In this document: piece after piece, positions 33,297-46,317 of the stretch
Numbering within the stretch: position 1 is the first letter of the stretch
How the letters are laid out: each line of letters opens with the position of its first letter
From: an uncultured Planctomycetaceae bacterium
GTDB lineage: Bacteria; Planctomycetota; Planctomycetia; Planctomycetales; Planctomycetaceae
Length of the DNA: 64,000 nucleotides
Direction of reading: 5' to 3'
Assembly (NCBI GenBank): GCA_963815195.1
Contig: CAWFGE010000022.1
Span: forward strand, 192,001 to 256,000
Translations under genes and position numbers: made by a program
The notes under the pieces: generated by a model
The model's input: only the letters and a program-made list of their open reading frames with translations
The model's database searches: none
Told to the model about the DNA's origin: nothing

Positions 33297-34689
33297 TTAG
33301 CACTCCACCAACAGGGCCATGAAGTCCGACAGGGCGTGCGACAGGCGGACGATGAACCGGGCGGCGTCGGCACCGTTGATCACGCGGTGATCGTACGACA
33401 GCGACAACGGCAACTTCAGCCGTTCCACGGGCTGGCCGTCTTTGAGTTCCAATTGCTTGATGCTCCGCGACATGCCGAGGATGGCGACTTCGGGGTGGTT
33501 GATGATCGGCGTGAACGCCGTGCCCCCGATGCCGCCTAAGTTCGTGATCGTAAACGTCCCGCCTTGCATGTCGTTCATGCTGAGCTTGCGGTCGCGGGCC
33601 GACTGGGCGATCGCGGTGATTTCGTCGGCGATTTCCAGAATGCTCTTCTGATCGCAATCGCGAATCACGGGAACGACCAGCCCGTATTCCGTGTCCACCG
33701 CGACGCCGATGTGGTAATACTTTTTCAAAATCAATTCGCTCGTGCCGGCGTCGAAGCTCGCATTGACGTGCGGGAACATCTTCAAGGGGGCGATCAAAGC
33801 TTTAACGAGGATCGCGGTCATCGTGATCTTGGGGCCGTTCTTGCCGACGCCCTGCATGTAGGCTTTGCGGGCGGCCTCGATTTCCGTCACATCCGCCAGG
33901 TCGTGCTGGGTGACGTGCGGGATCGTCCGCCAGGCAAGGCTCAACTGGTTGGCGGCGGTGCGGGCGAGCTTATTCAGCGGCTGCCTTTGGATCGGGCCGA
34001 ACTTCTCGAAGCTCGGCAGGCTGGGCAGTTCCGCCATCGGAGGCGCTCACGTCCTGTGTCTTGGGGACCGAGCTTTTCGAGCGAACGTAGGCTTTGACAT
34101 CGTCCTGCGTGATCCGCCCGCCGGCTCCGCTGCCTTGGACGCGGGTCAGATCGACGTTGAGTTCCCGCGCCAACCGCCTCGTCGAAGGAGCCGCCGGGGG
34201 CGGCGGTACGATTTGCTCTTCCCGCCAAACCAGAGCCCTCGTGGCCTCGGTGGCGACGGCCGGGTCGTGATCGCCGTGCTCTTCCAGCCCCTTCGCCATG
34301 TCCGGCCAACCGGCTCGCTCCATCGCCGGCTCTCGCTCGGCCTGGGAAGTCGCTTCGGCCTTTTCCGGTTCCTTGTCCGTTTTACGAGGTTGTTCTCGTT
34401 TCTCTCCGCCGTCTTGCTTTGGTGACGGCGATTCTTTTTTCTCGGCCGGTTCGCTGGCTTCGATGCTGAGCAGCACCGCCCCCACATCGACGGAGTCCCC
34501 TTCCGAAACGTGGATCTTGGTGATCTTGCCCGCGTGCGGGCAGGGCAGTTCCACGACGGCTTTCTCGGTTTCGACCTCCATGACGATTTGATCCGCCTCG
34601 ATCACGTCGCCTTCGGACACCAGAATCTCCGCAATGTCCGCCGACTCGACGCCTTCAGAGACTTCCGGAAGTTTGAACTCGATCGCCAT
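33297..34689 (-). CDS. aceF: Pyruvate dehydrogenase E2 (dihydrolipoamide acetyltransferase); apparent frameshift at ~34045
   Basis: Lipoyl domain and E3-binding domain ([16 protein letters not shown]) in ORF 33970-34782; catalytic domain ([25 protein letters not shown]) in ORF 33297-34037. Confidence 0.93.
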
Positions 34690-34759
34690 TCGTGCTTTCC
34701 AATCGGTCAATAACGAGTGCCAGAATAGGTCAAGGGGTCTTATTGGGACTGGCGTCTTT

Positions 34760-35011
34760 TCAAACCAGGTCGAGCAGTTCAACGCCGTTTTTCAGGACGC
34801 GGACTTTTCCATCTCCGGGCCAAATCGAAATCACCGGATTCCCACCTTCCAACTCGCCGACTTCGATCGTCACCGGTGTTGTTTCAAACGAATCACACAC
34901 CGTGACCTCGTCGCCGGACGCCAATTCAAATTCGACAGCTTCCGGTTCAATATTGAGGACCAATGAGGTCCGCATTTCATTTTTCAACAATACGCGGCTT
35001 TCGTTTGGCAT
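34760..35011 (-). CDS. Small acidic hypothetical protein, putative immunity protein
   Basis: 83 aa [11 protein letters not shown]...[20 protein letters not shown]...; starts 13 bp after the upstream ORF with a GGAAGA RBS-like motif. Confidence 0.6.
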   Translation of the reverse strand: MPNESRVLLKNEMRTSLVLNIEPEAVEFELASGDEVTVCDSFETTPVTIEVGELEGGNPVISIWPGDGKVRVLKNGVELLDLV

Positions 35012-35024
35012 CGGTCTTCCCATC

Positions 35025-35315
35025 TCAATCAAAAAACTTGGCGGCCAACTCCCGCAACTGCTTCGCGCGTCCAGCGGCACTGGGATTACTTGGCGTAATT
35101 CTCTTTATCTCATCATACGCTTCGGCAACATCCAACAGCGAGTCCTTCGTCCATCCCTGCGCGATAAGCTCGTCCTTAGTAAAATCGTCCGTGCCTTTCG
35201 TCACGTGTCTTGGCTTCCACCCGAAGAACTCGCCCGTTTCTTTGAGATTGGAATTCCCCGTCGCCTTCTTGATGCGTCCCTGCAAATCAACGTCCTTAAT
35301 TGTTTTCGGGATCAT
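35025..35315 (-). CDS. 96-aa hypothetical protein, putative orphan polymorphic-toxin C-terminal domain (DUF4951-like)
   Basis: Hidden in the tail of track ORF 35025-38105; MIPKTIKD...FFGW...FTKDELIAQGWTKD...PSNPSAAGRAKQLRELA; lower GC than flanking genes. Confidence 0.55.
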   Translation of the reverse strand: MIPKTIKDVDLQGRIKKATGNSNLKETGEFFGWKPRHVTKGTDDFTKDELIAQGWTKDSLLDVAEAYDEIKRITPSNPSAAGRAKQLRELAAKFFD

Positions 35316-35391
35316 TGTCTTGAGGCGAATGTCCTTCCTATTTCGGAAAAACGGGTTTTCAGGGCGGACGAATCTTTTGACCTTTGTCTTC

Positions 35392-38084
35392 TCAAGCGGT
35401 CGCCGGGTCCACTTGGTCGGGGTCGATGTCCAATTCGTTAAGGACCTCCGGCAGGCGGGATTTGTCGAATTGGCCTTGCCGGGCGAGGGCTTCGAGCGCG
35501 GCATAGGTGACGTGGGACGCATCGATCTCGAAATGCCGCCGGAGCGCTTCGCGAGTGTCGCTGCGGCCGAAGCCGTCCGTGCCCAGCGTCGTATACGGGC
35601 CGGGCAAAAATGGCCGGATTTGATCGGCCACCAGCCGGACGTTGTCGCTGGATGCGACAAACGGGCCCTCTTGCCCCGCGAAGAGTTCCTCGAGGTACGA
35701 CTTCTTCGGCTCTTCGCCGGGATGCAACCGGTTCCAGCGGGCCGCGGCCTGGGCGCCCGGCAGAGTTCGGTGTAGCTGGTCACGCTCCACAAATCGCTGG
35801 AGATGCCGTATTTGTCCGCGAGGATCGTTTGGGCCTTTTCGACCTCGCGGAGAATCGTCCCGCTGCCAAAAAGCTGCGGCCGAAGCTTTTGCTCGCCGTT
35901 GCCGCTATCGCTGCTTTTGAGCTTGTACATGCCTTGGAGAATGCCTCGCTGCACGTCGCCGTTTTCCGGGATCTTGGGCTGGGGATAGGTTTCGTTATAG
36001 ACCGTGATGTAATAAAAGATCTCCTCGCCCTCGGCGTACATCCGCCGCAGGCCGTCCTGGATAATCACCGCCAGCTCGTAAGCGTAAGCGGGATCGTAAG
36101 ACGCGAGGTTGGGCACCGTGGTGGCGATGAGATGGCTGTGCCCGTCTTCGTGCTGGAGACCTTCGCCGTTGAGCGTCGTCCGCCCCGCGGTCCCGCCGAT
36201 GAGGAAGCCTTTCGTGCGCGAGTCGGCGGCGAGCCAGATCAAATCGCCCACCCGCTGAAAGCCGAACATCGAATAGTAGATGTAAAACGGCACCATGTTG
36301 ATGCCCAGGTTGGAATACGCCGTGCCCGCCGCGATGAACGACGAAATCGCCCCGGCTTCGTTAATGCCCTCTTCCAGCACCTGGCCGTCTTTGGCTTCTT
36401 TGTAATACATCAAGGTCCCGGCATCGACGGGTTCGTAAAGCTGCCCCTTGCTGGCATAGATGCCGGCCATCGAGAACAGGCCCTCCATCCCGAACGTGCG
36501 GGCTTCGTCGGGGATGATCGGCACAATCCGCTTGCCGATGTTCTTGTCCTTCAAAAGCCCCATAATCAAGCTGCTGAATGCCTGCGTGGTCGCGGCTTCC
36601 TTGTCGCCGCTGCCTTCGAGCTGCCTTTTGAACTTCTCGATCGGCGGCACGTCCAGGCGTTCGTCCGTCGGCTTCCGCGCGGGAAGAGAGCCGCCTAAGA
36701 CTTCCCGGCGGGCGTTGAGATACTTCATCTCGTCGCTGTCTTCCGGCGGGCGGTAAAACGGGGCTTTTCCCACCTGGTCGTCGCCGATGGGAATCGCAAA
36801 CCGCGAGCGGAAGTTCCGCAGCTCATCGTCGGCGAGCTTCTTTTCGTTGTGCGTCGTATTCCGGCCTTCGCCGGCTTCGCCCAGGCCGTAGCCTTTGATG
36901 GTCTTCGCGAGAATCACCGTCGGCCCGCCGTGATGATCGACCGCCGCCTTGAACGCCGCGTAAACTTTTTCGGGATCGTGCCCGCCGCGGCGCAGCTTGT
37001 TGAGCTTTTCGTCCGAGAGATGGGCGACCATTTCCTGGAGGTCTTCCGAGACGCCGAAGAAATGCTTGCGGATATAATCGCCGGATTCCACGGAGTATTT
37101 TTGATACTGCCCGTCCACGATCTCGCCCATGCGTTTGACGAGATGGCCTTCGTGATCTTCCGCCAGAAGCTGATCCCAGTCGTTGCCCCAGATGACCTTG
37201 ATGCAGTTCCAGCCGGCCCCGCGGAACGCGGCTTCGAGTTCCTGGATGATTTTTCCGTTCCCGCGGACCGGGCCGTCGAGCCGCTGGAGGTTGCAGTTGA
37301 TGACGAAGATCAAATTGTCCAGCCGTTCCCGCGAAGCGAGCGTAATCGCCCCCAACGTTTCCGGCTCGTCGCATTCGCCGTCGCCGACGAAGCACCACAC
37401 GTGCGATTGGCTCGTGTCGAGCAGGCCGCGGTGCTCGAGATACCTTAAAAACCGGGCGTGATAAATCGCCGTGATCGGCCCCAAGCCCATCGACACGGTG
37501 GGAAACTGCCAGAAGTGGGGCATCAGCCAGGGATGCGGATAGGACGACAGCCCGGTGCCGCGGGGAATCTCCCGGCGGAATTTTTCGAGATGGCTTTCAT
37601 CCAATCGGCCTTCCAAGAACGCGCGGGCGTACATTCCCGGAGCGGCGTGGCCTTGGAAATACACCATGTCTCCCGTGTGCTCTTTCGTCCGCGACCGGAA
37701 GAAATGATTGAAGCCCACTTCGTAAAGCGTCGCCGAGGACGCGAACGTCGAAATGTGCCCGCCCAGGCCCGAAAAATGTTTGTTGGCCCGGTGCACCATC
37801 GCCATCGCGTTCCAGCGGATCAGGCTTTTGATCCGGCGTTCGATTTCCAAGTCGCCCGGGTAGCGCGGCTGCTTATCGAGGGGAATCGTATTGATATAAG
37901 GCGTATTGGCCGTGAACGGCGTCGTCACTCCGCGGTGATAAGCCCGCTCCTGCAGGACCACCAACAGCTCCTGGAGCTGCTTGGGGCCGTAGCGGTGCAG
38001 CACATCGTCCAGGGAATCGAACCACTCTTCCATCTCGTCGGGGTCGATCCCCGTCACGGCCAGGTCTTTGATTTGGTCAAGCAT
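35392..38084 (-). CDS. aceE: Pyruvate dehydrogenase E1, homodimeric type; apparent frameshift at ~35756
   Basis: GGHISTFAS, SSYPHPWLMP, GDGECDEPE, LEEGINEAG, GEGLQH; C-terminus LGTDGFGRSDTREALRRHFE in ORF 35392-35790. Confidence 0.95.
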
Positions 38085-38219
38085 CGTTCTTCGCTCGCAA
38101 TCCATGATACAAACGACGAAAATTCGTAGTTCCTGCGTTACTTACGATTTTGTTCCTGCGTTACTTATGATTTTGAATGTGAAATGCCTTCAGTCATTGT
38201 CTCAGCCCTTGTTAATGTC

Positions 38220-38341
38220 TTTACGCCGAAGGCGTTACATCCCAAAGCCCAGGGTCAGCGGCGCAGCCGCGCCACCCTGGGTTTCGATCCGAAAAACATT
38301 CCGTTACGCCGAAGGCGTTATACAAAACCTTCGCGGTAAAA
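38220..38341. repeat. REP-like element, family E
   Basis: TTTACGCCGAAGGCGTTACATCCCAAAGCCCAGGGT...CCCTGGG...TACGCCGAAGGCGTTATAC. Confidence 0.8.
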
Positions 38342-38489
38342 ACCGTATTTCCTGAGTTCTCCAGCGGAAGGATGGCAGAAGCGCCCAGGCGTTGCAAGGC
38401 TCGCCGAGCGCTTGTCGGCGGTTTCAACGGCAGCAGAGGCTCCTCCGGAAACGTTCATCAGATTTTCACGGAGGCTAGCTGCAAAATTC

Positions 38490-38516
38490 ATTAGCCGCAG
38501 GCGGCTAGCCCCGGTT
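38490..38516. repeat. REP-like half element, family H
   Basis: ATTAGCCGCAGGCGGCTAGCCCCGGTT, near-identical to 52267-52294. Confidence 0.65.
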
Positions 38517-38586
38517 CCAAGTGACAATCGGACGCGATCGCGTTGCGGCTGATGATCCGACAGATTCTTTTCGAATGGTGCTCACA

Positions 38587-39831
38587 TCACATCAGCTCGG
38601 CCAAAGCCTCAAGCAAGCGGTCCACTTCCTCTTCGGAATTGTAGTGCAAAAGGCCGATTCGCAAAGTGCCGGCGGGTTCCAGGCCCATCGCTTCGGTAAA
38701 CGGCAGGGCGTAATGATTGCCCGCCCAGCAAAACAGGCCCCGCTCGCCGAGCTTTTCCGCCAACTCCAGCGGGGTCTTGGTCTTATGAGTGACGGACACC
38801 GTCGGCACCCGCTCCGCCAGCCGATTTGGATCGGAAATCCCCCAGATTCGCAGTTGCGGCAAGGCTTTTAGCCCCGCCAACAGTTTTTCGCACAAAACGT
38901 CCTCATGTGCGCGGATTTGCTGATAACATTCAATCAACGCGTCCCGCCGAGCTATTTTTGTTTTGCCACGGTCTCCCGGCAAATCAGCGAGATATTCGAT
39001 CGCCTCCCGCAGTCCCGCAATGCCTTCGTGGTTTTGGGTGCCGGTCATCCATTTGCCCGGCAGCGAATCGGGAGCTGGCCGAAGCTTATAGGCGGGGAGA
39101 TTCTCCAAACGGTCTCGCTTGCCGTACATTAAGCCCACGTGCGGGCCGAAGAATTTATATGCCGACGCCGCCAAAAAATCGCAATCCAACCGCGACACGT
39201 CGATCAAGCGATGCGGCGCAAAATGCACGGCGTCCACGAACACCTCCGCCCCCGCGGCATGGGCTTCGGAAATCATCTCCGCAATGGGGTTGACCGTTCC
39301 GGTGGCGTTGGAAGCATAACCCACGGCCACTAAACGGGTTCGGCTCGACAACTTCGAGCGGAAATCCTCCCAATCCAGCGTGCAGTCTTCCGGGCGCACT
39401 CGCACGTGCCGAACCAAAGCCCCGGCATCTTTTGCGGCCAAAACCCAGGGCGTGACATTGGCATCGTGATCCAATTGGGTGACGATGACCTCGTCGCCCG
39501 GTTTCCAAGTCCGCCCCAAAGCCCGGCTGAGGGCGAAGGTCAATGTCGTCATATTGGGGCCGAAACTGACGCAACCGGGATCGTCCGTTCCCACGAAATC
39601 GGCCCCGGCTTGGTGGGCTTCCTCAAGCAGGGCATCGCTTTCCCGGCTCGTGGCGAACGGGCCCTCGTGGTTCGCATTTGTGGTGAGCAAATACCGCGAA
39701 ACGGCCTCGGCGACTCGGGCCGGCACCTGGCTTCCCGCCGGCCCATCGAAATATGCCACCCGCTCGCCGTTTTGTTTTCGCTGAAACGCCGGGAATTGTG
39801 AGCGAATCGACTCGAGATCCCAATCCGCCAT
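38587..39831 (-). CDS. Cysteine desulfurase-like aminotransferase class V protein
   Basis: YFDGPAGSQVP, LDHDANVTPW, VDAVHFAPH, SAYKFFGPH (PLP lysine), GTQNHEG. Confidence 0.9.
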   Translation of the reverse strand: MADWDLESIRSQFPAFQRKQNGERVAYFDGPAGSQVPARVAEAVSRYLLTTNANHEGPFATSRESDALLEEAHQAGADFVGTDDPGCVSFGPNMTTLTFALSRALGRTWKPGDEVIVTQLDHDANVTPWVLAAKDAGALVRHVRVRPEDCTLDWEDFRSKLSSRTRLVAVGYASNATGTVNPIAEMISEAHAAGAEVFVDAVHFAPHRLIDVSRLDCDFLAASAYKFFGPHVGLMYGKRDRLENLPAYKLRPAPDSLPGKWMTGTQNHEGIAGLREAIEYLADLPGDRGKTKIARRDALIECYQQIRAHEDVLCEKLLAGLKALPQLRIWGISDPNRLAERVPTVSVTHKTKTPLELAEKLGERGLFCWAGNHYALPFTEAMGLEPAGTLRIGLLHYNSEEEVDRLLEALAELM

Positions 39832-39849
39832 CCTTTGGGTCCTTTCAAC

Positions 39850-39878
39850 AAAAAACACCGCAGGGAAGTCCCGCGGTG
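39850..39878 (-). terminator. Intrinsic terminator downstream of rplU
   Basis: Minus strand CACCGCGGG-ACTT-CCCTGCGGTG followed by TTTTTT. Confidence 0.7.
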
Positions 39879-39884
39879 CTTGAA

Positions 39885-39975
39885 GAGCCGCGCACGAAGT
39901 AAGCGGTTCCGCTTGACCGCTTACTTCGTGCGCGGCTCATAATTGAACCCGGCCGCTTACGCGGCTCGGCTCGCC
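39885..39975. repeat. REP family B inverted repeat plus related half repeat
   Basis: GAGCCGCGCACGAAGTAAGCGG...CCGCTTACTTCGTGCGCGGCTC, then CCGCTTACGCGGCTCGGCTCGCC. Confidence 0.85.
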
Positions 39976-39981
39976 GATAAC

Positions 39982-40395
39982 TTAGGATTCCGCTTGTTCG
40001 CTGCCGGTTTCCGCGGCGGGGGCCTGTGTTTCCTCGGGTTTGGATTCCGGTTCTTGCTGTTCCACGATTTCCAAGCCGGGGACGCTGATGTCTTCGATCT
40101 GGACCGCGGTATATTTCTGGCGGTGGCCGGTGTGCCGGCGGGAGTTTTTGCGTCGGCGGAGTTTTTGGACTTCGAGCTTCGGCCCTTTTTCCTCCGCGTA
40201 AATCACCTTGGCTTGGACGGTGGCCCCGCTGATCGTCGGCTGACCGATCACGCTGCCCGCGCCGCCATTGGCTAACAACACCGCATCAAACGTGATCGCA
40301 TCGCCCACGTTGGCGTCGCTGCGCAAATCCACGGAAAGACGGTCCCCGGGGCTGACCCGGTACTGGCGGCCCCCATCGGCAATGATGGCAAACAT
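39982..40395 (-). CDS. rplU: 50S ribosomal protein L21
   Basis: MFAIIADGGRQYRV...KGPKL...RRRKNSRRHTGHRQKYT. Confidence 0.95.
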   Translation of the reverse strand: MFAIIADGGRQYRVSPGDRLSVDLRSDANVGDAITFDAVLLANGGAGSVIGQPTISGATVQAKVIYAEEKGPKLEVQKLRRRKNSRRHTGHRQKYTAVQIEDISVPGLEIVEQQEPESKPEETQAPAAETGSEQAES

Positions 40396-40457
40396 CTTCA
40401 AAATCTTTCGTTTTAACCAAGGCTTAAATAGTGTGTTCGTAGCGGCTGCTTGCGTTT

Positions 40458-40539
40458 TGAGCGGCAAGGCGCTAGCCGCCGGCCTTGTAATTTCCAAGTT
40501 TCCGTTGAAAAGGCCGGGGGCTAGCGCCCTTCCGCTCAC
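40458..40539. repeat. REP family A, second copy (inverted)
   Basis: Reverse complement of 2597-2679 with few mismatches, including the loop. Confidence 0.9.
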
Positions 40540-40599
40540 GTTGATTACGCGTGGGTCCCGCTTTGGGGAAAGGAAAAGTGTATCGCCTGCGGGAGGGAA

Positions 40600-42178
<1,579 letters not shown>

Positions 42179-42769
42179 GTTCGGAAAACACCTTTCGCCG
42201 CGAATCGAATCGCGAAAAACGACCGGTGCGCCGAACCCCGACAAACGGGCCGCTGCTCCGCATCAATGCCAGTTCCTGACGCTGCCAAAGCGTTGTGTTC
42301 CGGGACGATTGATCGATCAAATCACTCCGGTGAAGCTTCGTTGGGCAGGGGGAGATGGGGTGGTACGAAGATTTGCCTTGGAGGGGTTCGAGATTCGTTT
42401 GTCCGTCCGTTTCGATTGGGGCTGGCTTGGCGGCTTCACTCGGAACCCGGCGGGACATCGGCCCAGGCAACTCGTCTGCCTGCCGGCCGATTTGTGCCAG
42501 CGGTTCCTGCAAAGACCCAAGGGCCGAGGGAAGGCTGGAGACGCCGCAAGTGGAGCGCAAAGCGGAGGATAACGGCTGGCCGCCGGTCCGGCTTGTCTTG
42601 CGAACGGTCGTTGCCTGGGGGCTCATGTCGAAGATGCGCCCCCGCCCTGAGATGGCCAATTCATTCCAAAACGATCCGACAATGACGAAAAACGAATACG
42701 CACCAAAATCTAAACCAAATGTTTGCTTGTAAGAATCATCAGAGTTTCCGCAGATCCTAACTGGATTTA

Positions 42770-42829
42770 TTAGCCCGAAGCGCAAGCGAGGGTTGAATTT
42801 AGGAAAACCCTCGCTTGCGCTTCGGGCTG
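42770..42829. repeat. REP-like inverted repeat, family F
   Basis: TAGCCCGAAGCGCAAGCGAGGGTT...AACCCTCGCTTGCGCTTCGGGCTG. Confidence 0.85.
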
Positions 42830-42935
42830 GTGAGGTTTTATGATTGCGGGCTAATGAGGTTGTATCACGAATGTAAGGACTTACGAAATCGACATCAAGG
42901 TTCTCCCCGCCCACTCCACATGCTGAACCAGAGGC

Positions 42936-44681
42936 TCACACGTAGGAGTCCGGGGAGATTTTTTTCAGTTCGCTTTGCAGATAATTCTCCACGTCCCGCG
43001 CGACTTCCAAGGTCTGGGCCCGGGCCGCGATTTCTTCCACTTGGGGGATGGTGATTTTTCGAATGATTTCTTTCAATTCCGGAATCGCATGCGGCGTGAC
43101 GCTGAGTTGCCGGAGGCCCATTCCGATCAACAACGGAACATACATCGGACTGGAACTCATTTGGCCGCACACGGTGACGGGGATATGCTCTTTGTGGCCG
43201 GCTTCCACGACGCGGCGGATCAGCCGCAAAATCGCCGGATCGCCGGAACTGTATAATGACGCCACGGCCGGGTCGGCCCGGTCCACCGCCAGAGTGTACT
43301 GTATTAGATCATTTGTGCCGATGGAGAAAAAGTCCGCTTCGCGGGCGAAGTCCTCGGCGAGCATCACGGCGGCGGGGACTTCGACCATCATGCCCACGGG
43401 CACTTCCCGCTTAAAGGGGATGCCGTGCTCCTCCAGGTCTTCCATCACGTCGCCCATGACCATCTTGGCCTGCCGAAATTCGAGCAGCGACGAGACCAGG
43501 GGAAACATCATCCGCACGTCCCCATGCACGGCTGCCCGCAGAATCGCCCGCAGTTGGGTCTTAAACAGCGGCAGGTTTTGCAGGCTCAGCCGAATGCTCC
43601 GCAGCCCCAGCACCGGGTTTCCGCCGTGGAACCGGTCCGGGAACCCGCCGGGCACTTTGTCGGCCCCCAAGTCCAGGGTGCGGATCACCACCGGTTGCGT
43701 GGGAAAGGCCTCGATCACCTTGCAATAGGCTTTGTAATGGTCTTCTTCCGTCGGTTCGCGGTCGTTTTTCAGGTAGAGGAATTCCGTCCGATACAGGCCG
43801 ACGCCGTCGGCTCCCCGCTCCACGCAATGCTGGGCTTCTTCCGGAAACTCAATGTTCCCCAGGACTTGGATGCGAACGCCGTCGTGGGTTTCCGACTTGA
43901 GCGTTCTCAGCCCTTCCAGCCGCTGGTGGACCGTGACGTATCGGGCGTGGGAATCGAGGTATTTCGCATGGGCGGATTCGTCGGGGTCGATGATGACCTC
44001 GCCGTGATTGCCGTCGAGAATCACCGTCTCCCCGCCGGAGACATCCGACAAAAACGCCCCGACCCCGACCACGGCGGGGATTTCGAGCGCCCCGGCCAGA
44101 ATGGCGGTGTGGCTGGTGTGGCCGCCGACTTCGGTCGCGAACCCGAGCACGTATTTTTTGTTGAGCCGGGCGGTTTCGCTGGGGGTCAGATTGTGCGCGA
44201 GCACGATCACAGGCGTGGTCAGGTGGGCCAGCGACTGCCGACGTTCGCCCAAAAGATGGCTCAGCATCCGCTTTTTGAGGTCGATGACGTCCGCGGCGCG
44301 TTCGGCGAGGTACGTGTTCCCTAAGTTCTGGAGCACCTTGGCGTTGCGCCGGAGAACGAAGCTGGCAGCGAACTCGGGCGAGTAGCATTTGTCGCGGATG
44401 AGGGATTCGATTTCCTCGATGAATTGCGGATCGCGGGCCATTTGGAGATGGGCCGCGAAGATTTGCCCGTATTGTTTGCCCAACTGGGCCGCCGCGAGCT
44501 GCTCGTTCTCGTGGATCTCTTCACAGACGGCATCGAGCGCGGCCCGGAAGCGGGCGATTTCCGATTCCACCGCCGTCACCCGGACGAACCGGTGCGGAAT
44601 GCGGAAATCCTCGGCCCCCAGCACAAAGGCCGGTCCGCTGATCACGCCGGGTGAGACCGCAATTCCGCGTTTGATGAGCAT
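42936..44681 (-). CDS. ptsI: PTS enzyme I (PEP-protein phosphotransferase), no GAF domain
   Basis: [43 protein letters not shown]. Confidence 0.95.
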   Translation of the reverse strand: MLIKRGIAVSPGVISGPAFVLGAEDFRIPHRFVRVTAVESEIARFRAALDAVCEEIHENEQLAAAQLGKQYGQIFAAHLQMARDPQFIEEIESLIRDKCYSPEFAASFVLRRNAKVLQNLGNTYLAERAADVIDLKKRMLSHLLGERRQSLAHLTTPVIVLAHNLTPSETARLNKKYVLGFATEVGGHTSHTAILAGALEIPAVVGVGAFLSDVSGGETVILDGNHGEVIIDPDESAHAKYLDSHARYVTVHQRLEGLRTLKSETHDGVRIQVLGNIEFPEEAQHCVERGADGVGLYRTEFLYLKNDREPTEEDHYKAYCKVIEAFPTQPVVIRTLDLGADKVPGGFPDRFHGGNPVLGLRSIRLSLQNLPLFKTQLRAILRAAVHGDVRMMFPLVSSLLEFRQAKMVMGDVMEDLEEHGIPFKREVPVGMMVEVPAAVMLAEDFAREADFFSIGTNDLIQYTLAVDRADPAVASLYSSGDPAILRLIRRVVEAGHKEHIPVTVCGQMSSSPMYVPLLIGMGLRQLSVTPHAIPELKEIIRKITIPQVEEIAARAQTLEVARDVENYLQSELKKISPDSYV

Positions 44682-44823
44682 GTTCGCTTACCGAAGGCAC
44701 CTCGCGAATGCGGGATTCGGCGAGGCATGGAAAATATCCGAAAGCCGGTGAATCGGCCCAGGCTGGATTGTAGACGATGAAGACAGGAATCGGCGGGAGT
44801 CCCAGGTATCTAACCCGGCCTGG

Positions 44824-45204
44824 TCATTCAGGTTCCGCAGTTTGCCGGCAGGGGCCGAGCAGCTCGGAGGCGGACGGAGGCTCCTCGTCCTCGGCAAACT
44901 CGTCTTCCGAGGAGTCCGAAGAATCCCATTCGAAATTGGCGTCAAACAAAGCCACCAACTGGTCGAGCAATTCGCCTCCCCCTTCGCCCCGGGCCCTTAG
45001 CACGAGCTCCATCCCGCTCTCGGCCCGCAAGGTGAGCAAATCGAAGATGCTCTTGGCATTCACGGGGGGCCCGTCCGCCCGCTGAATTGTCACTTCGCCG
45101 TCGAAACCTCCCGTCGCATGGGCAATTTGTGACATGGGACGCATGTGCAATCCATCTTCCAGCGTCACAACAACTTTCCGCTGATGCAAGGGTTGATTTT
45201 CCAT
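44824..45204 (-). CDS. ptsH: HPr family phosphocarrier with acidic C-terminal tail
   Basis: GLHMRP (His15) and NAKSIFDLL (Ser46). Confidence 0.88.
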   Translation of the reverse strand: MENQPLHQRKVVVTLEDGLHMRPMSQIAHATGGFDGEVTIQRADGPPVNAKSIFDLLTLRAESGMELVLRARGEGGGELLDQLVALFDANFEWDSSDSSEDEFAEDEEPPSASELLGPCRQTAEPE

Positions 45205-45336
45205 GACGGGCTTTGACTCCTCTGGGAACATGGGTCTCCGCGGACGCGGCGTGAGGGAAAAGGGGATTCTCGCGCAGCCGATGTGGGGTTCCTTTGATGC
45301 GGTTGGGAAAGAAATCCAGCGGGGCATCCGCCGGTG

Positions 45337-45810
45337 TCAATCGAGTTGGTTGTCGTCCGCCTCTTGCAATAGGTCCATGACTTCCTTGTTGGATTTTGAT
45401 TGCTTCAAAAAGTTGCAGAAATTCTGATTTCTGAGGTGGCGGGAGATGTTTTCGAGGCCGCGGAGATGGTCTCCGGGGCGTTCCGGCGGGGAGACCAGCA
45501 GGAACAGAATATAGACGGCTTCGCCGTCCAGGCTGGCAAAGTCGACGCCCTCGGGGGCGATGGCCACCGTGGCCACCAGGTGATCCACGGACGGGTGTTT
45601 GGTGTGCGGGACCGCGACGCCGTTGCCGATGCCGGTGGAACCCAATTCTTCCCGTTTCAAGATGGCGGCGACTATGCTTTCTTCATCTTGGGCGGGGATT
45701 TTGCCGCTGTTCTTCAGGCTCCCGACCATCGCCCGAATGGCCGCCTCTTTCGACTCCACCTGCAAATTGGGAAGAATCGCGTCGGGAACCACGAAGTCCG
45801 ATAACTTCAT
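45337..45810 (-). CDS. ptsN: PTS EIIA (Ntr/fructose type)
   Basis: [31 protein letters not shown]. Confidence 0.88.
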   Translation of the reverse strand: MKLSDFVVPDAILPNLQVESKEAAIRAMVGSLKNSGKIPAQDEESIVAAILKREELGSTGIGNGVAVPHTKHPSVDHLVATVAIAPEGVDFASLDGEAVYILFLLVSPPERPGDHLRGLENISRHLRNQNFCNFLKQSKSNKEVMDLLQEADDNQLD

Positions 45811-45957
45811 GCATCACTCCTCATCGTACGAACATTTTATGTCTAAACCGCTGCCCCAAATGCAGGGCGGAGAAATTCGGAGGATTTTCAAAATCCCCTC
45901 GTGAGATAACCATTTTTCGTCGCGAACGCTCCGCCAATAGGGGCGAATGCCGAACCG

Positions 45958-46317
45958 CTACGATTCTTCCCCTTCGGCTTCCGCCTCGACGGCGGGCGAG
46001 GCGAGTTCGCCGAGCGCCACGTCCCGGCGGTGGTCTTGAATCTTGCTTTTGTATTTTCGGATCTGCTGCTCCATTTTGTGCAGCACGCTGTCAAAGGTGC
46101 CCGGCACGTCCTCTCCCATATCGTGGGCCACGAAATTGTGCTTGTGTTCGCTATCGACCAGCATTTCCACCCGAATGTGGTCCTTGTTGAAGTCCACGGT
46201 GACCTCAATCGCAGTCAGCCGTTCAAAGTAGGTTAACAGTTTTTGAGATTTCTCATTGATGTACTCCCGCATTTCATCGCGGATGTTTCCATGACGGCAC
46301 GTAATCGCAATTTGCAC
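45958..46317 (-). CDS. hpf: Ribosome hibernation factor (short HPF/RaiA)
   Basis: MQIAITCRH...YINEK...KMEQQIRKYKSK; position upstream of ptsN. Confidence 0.9.
   Translation of the reverse strand: MQIAITCRHGNIRDEMREYINEKSQKLLTYFERLTAIEVTVDFNKDHIRVEMLVDSEHKHNFVAHDMGEDVPGTFDSVLHKMEQQIRKYKSKIQDHRRDVALGELASPAVEAEAEGEES

Noticed and set aside
35025..38105. 1026-aa AceE with a novel C-terminal domain
   Set aside because: The true AceE C-terminus is in another frame ending at 35392; the fusion results from the frameshift at ~35756.
39982..40395. rplU without adjacent rpmA
   Set aside because: Separation occurs in various lineages and cannot be judged unusual from this window.
42180..42935. Long region upstream of rne/rng as a coding gene or ncRNA
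   Set aside because: Overlapping ORFs lack motifs; it may be a regulatory 5' UTR but cannot be supported from sequence alone.
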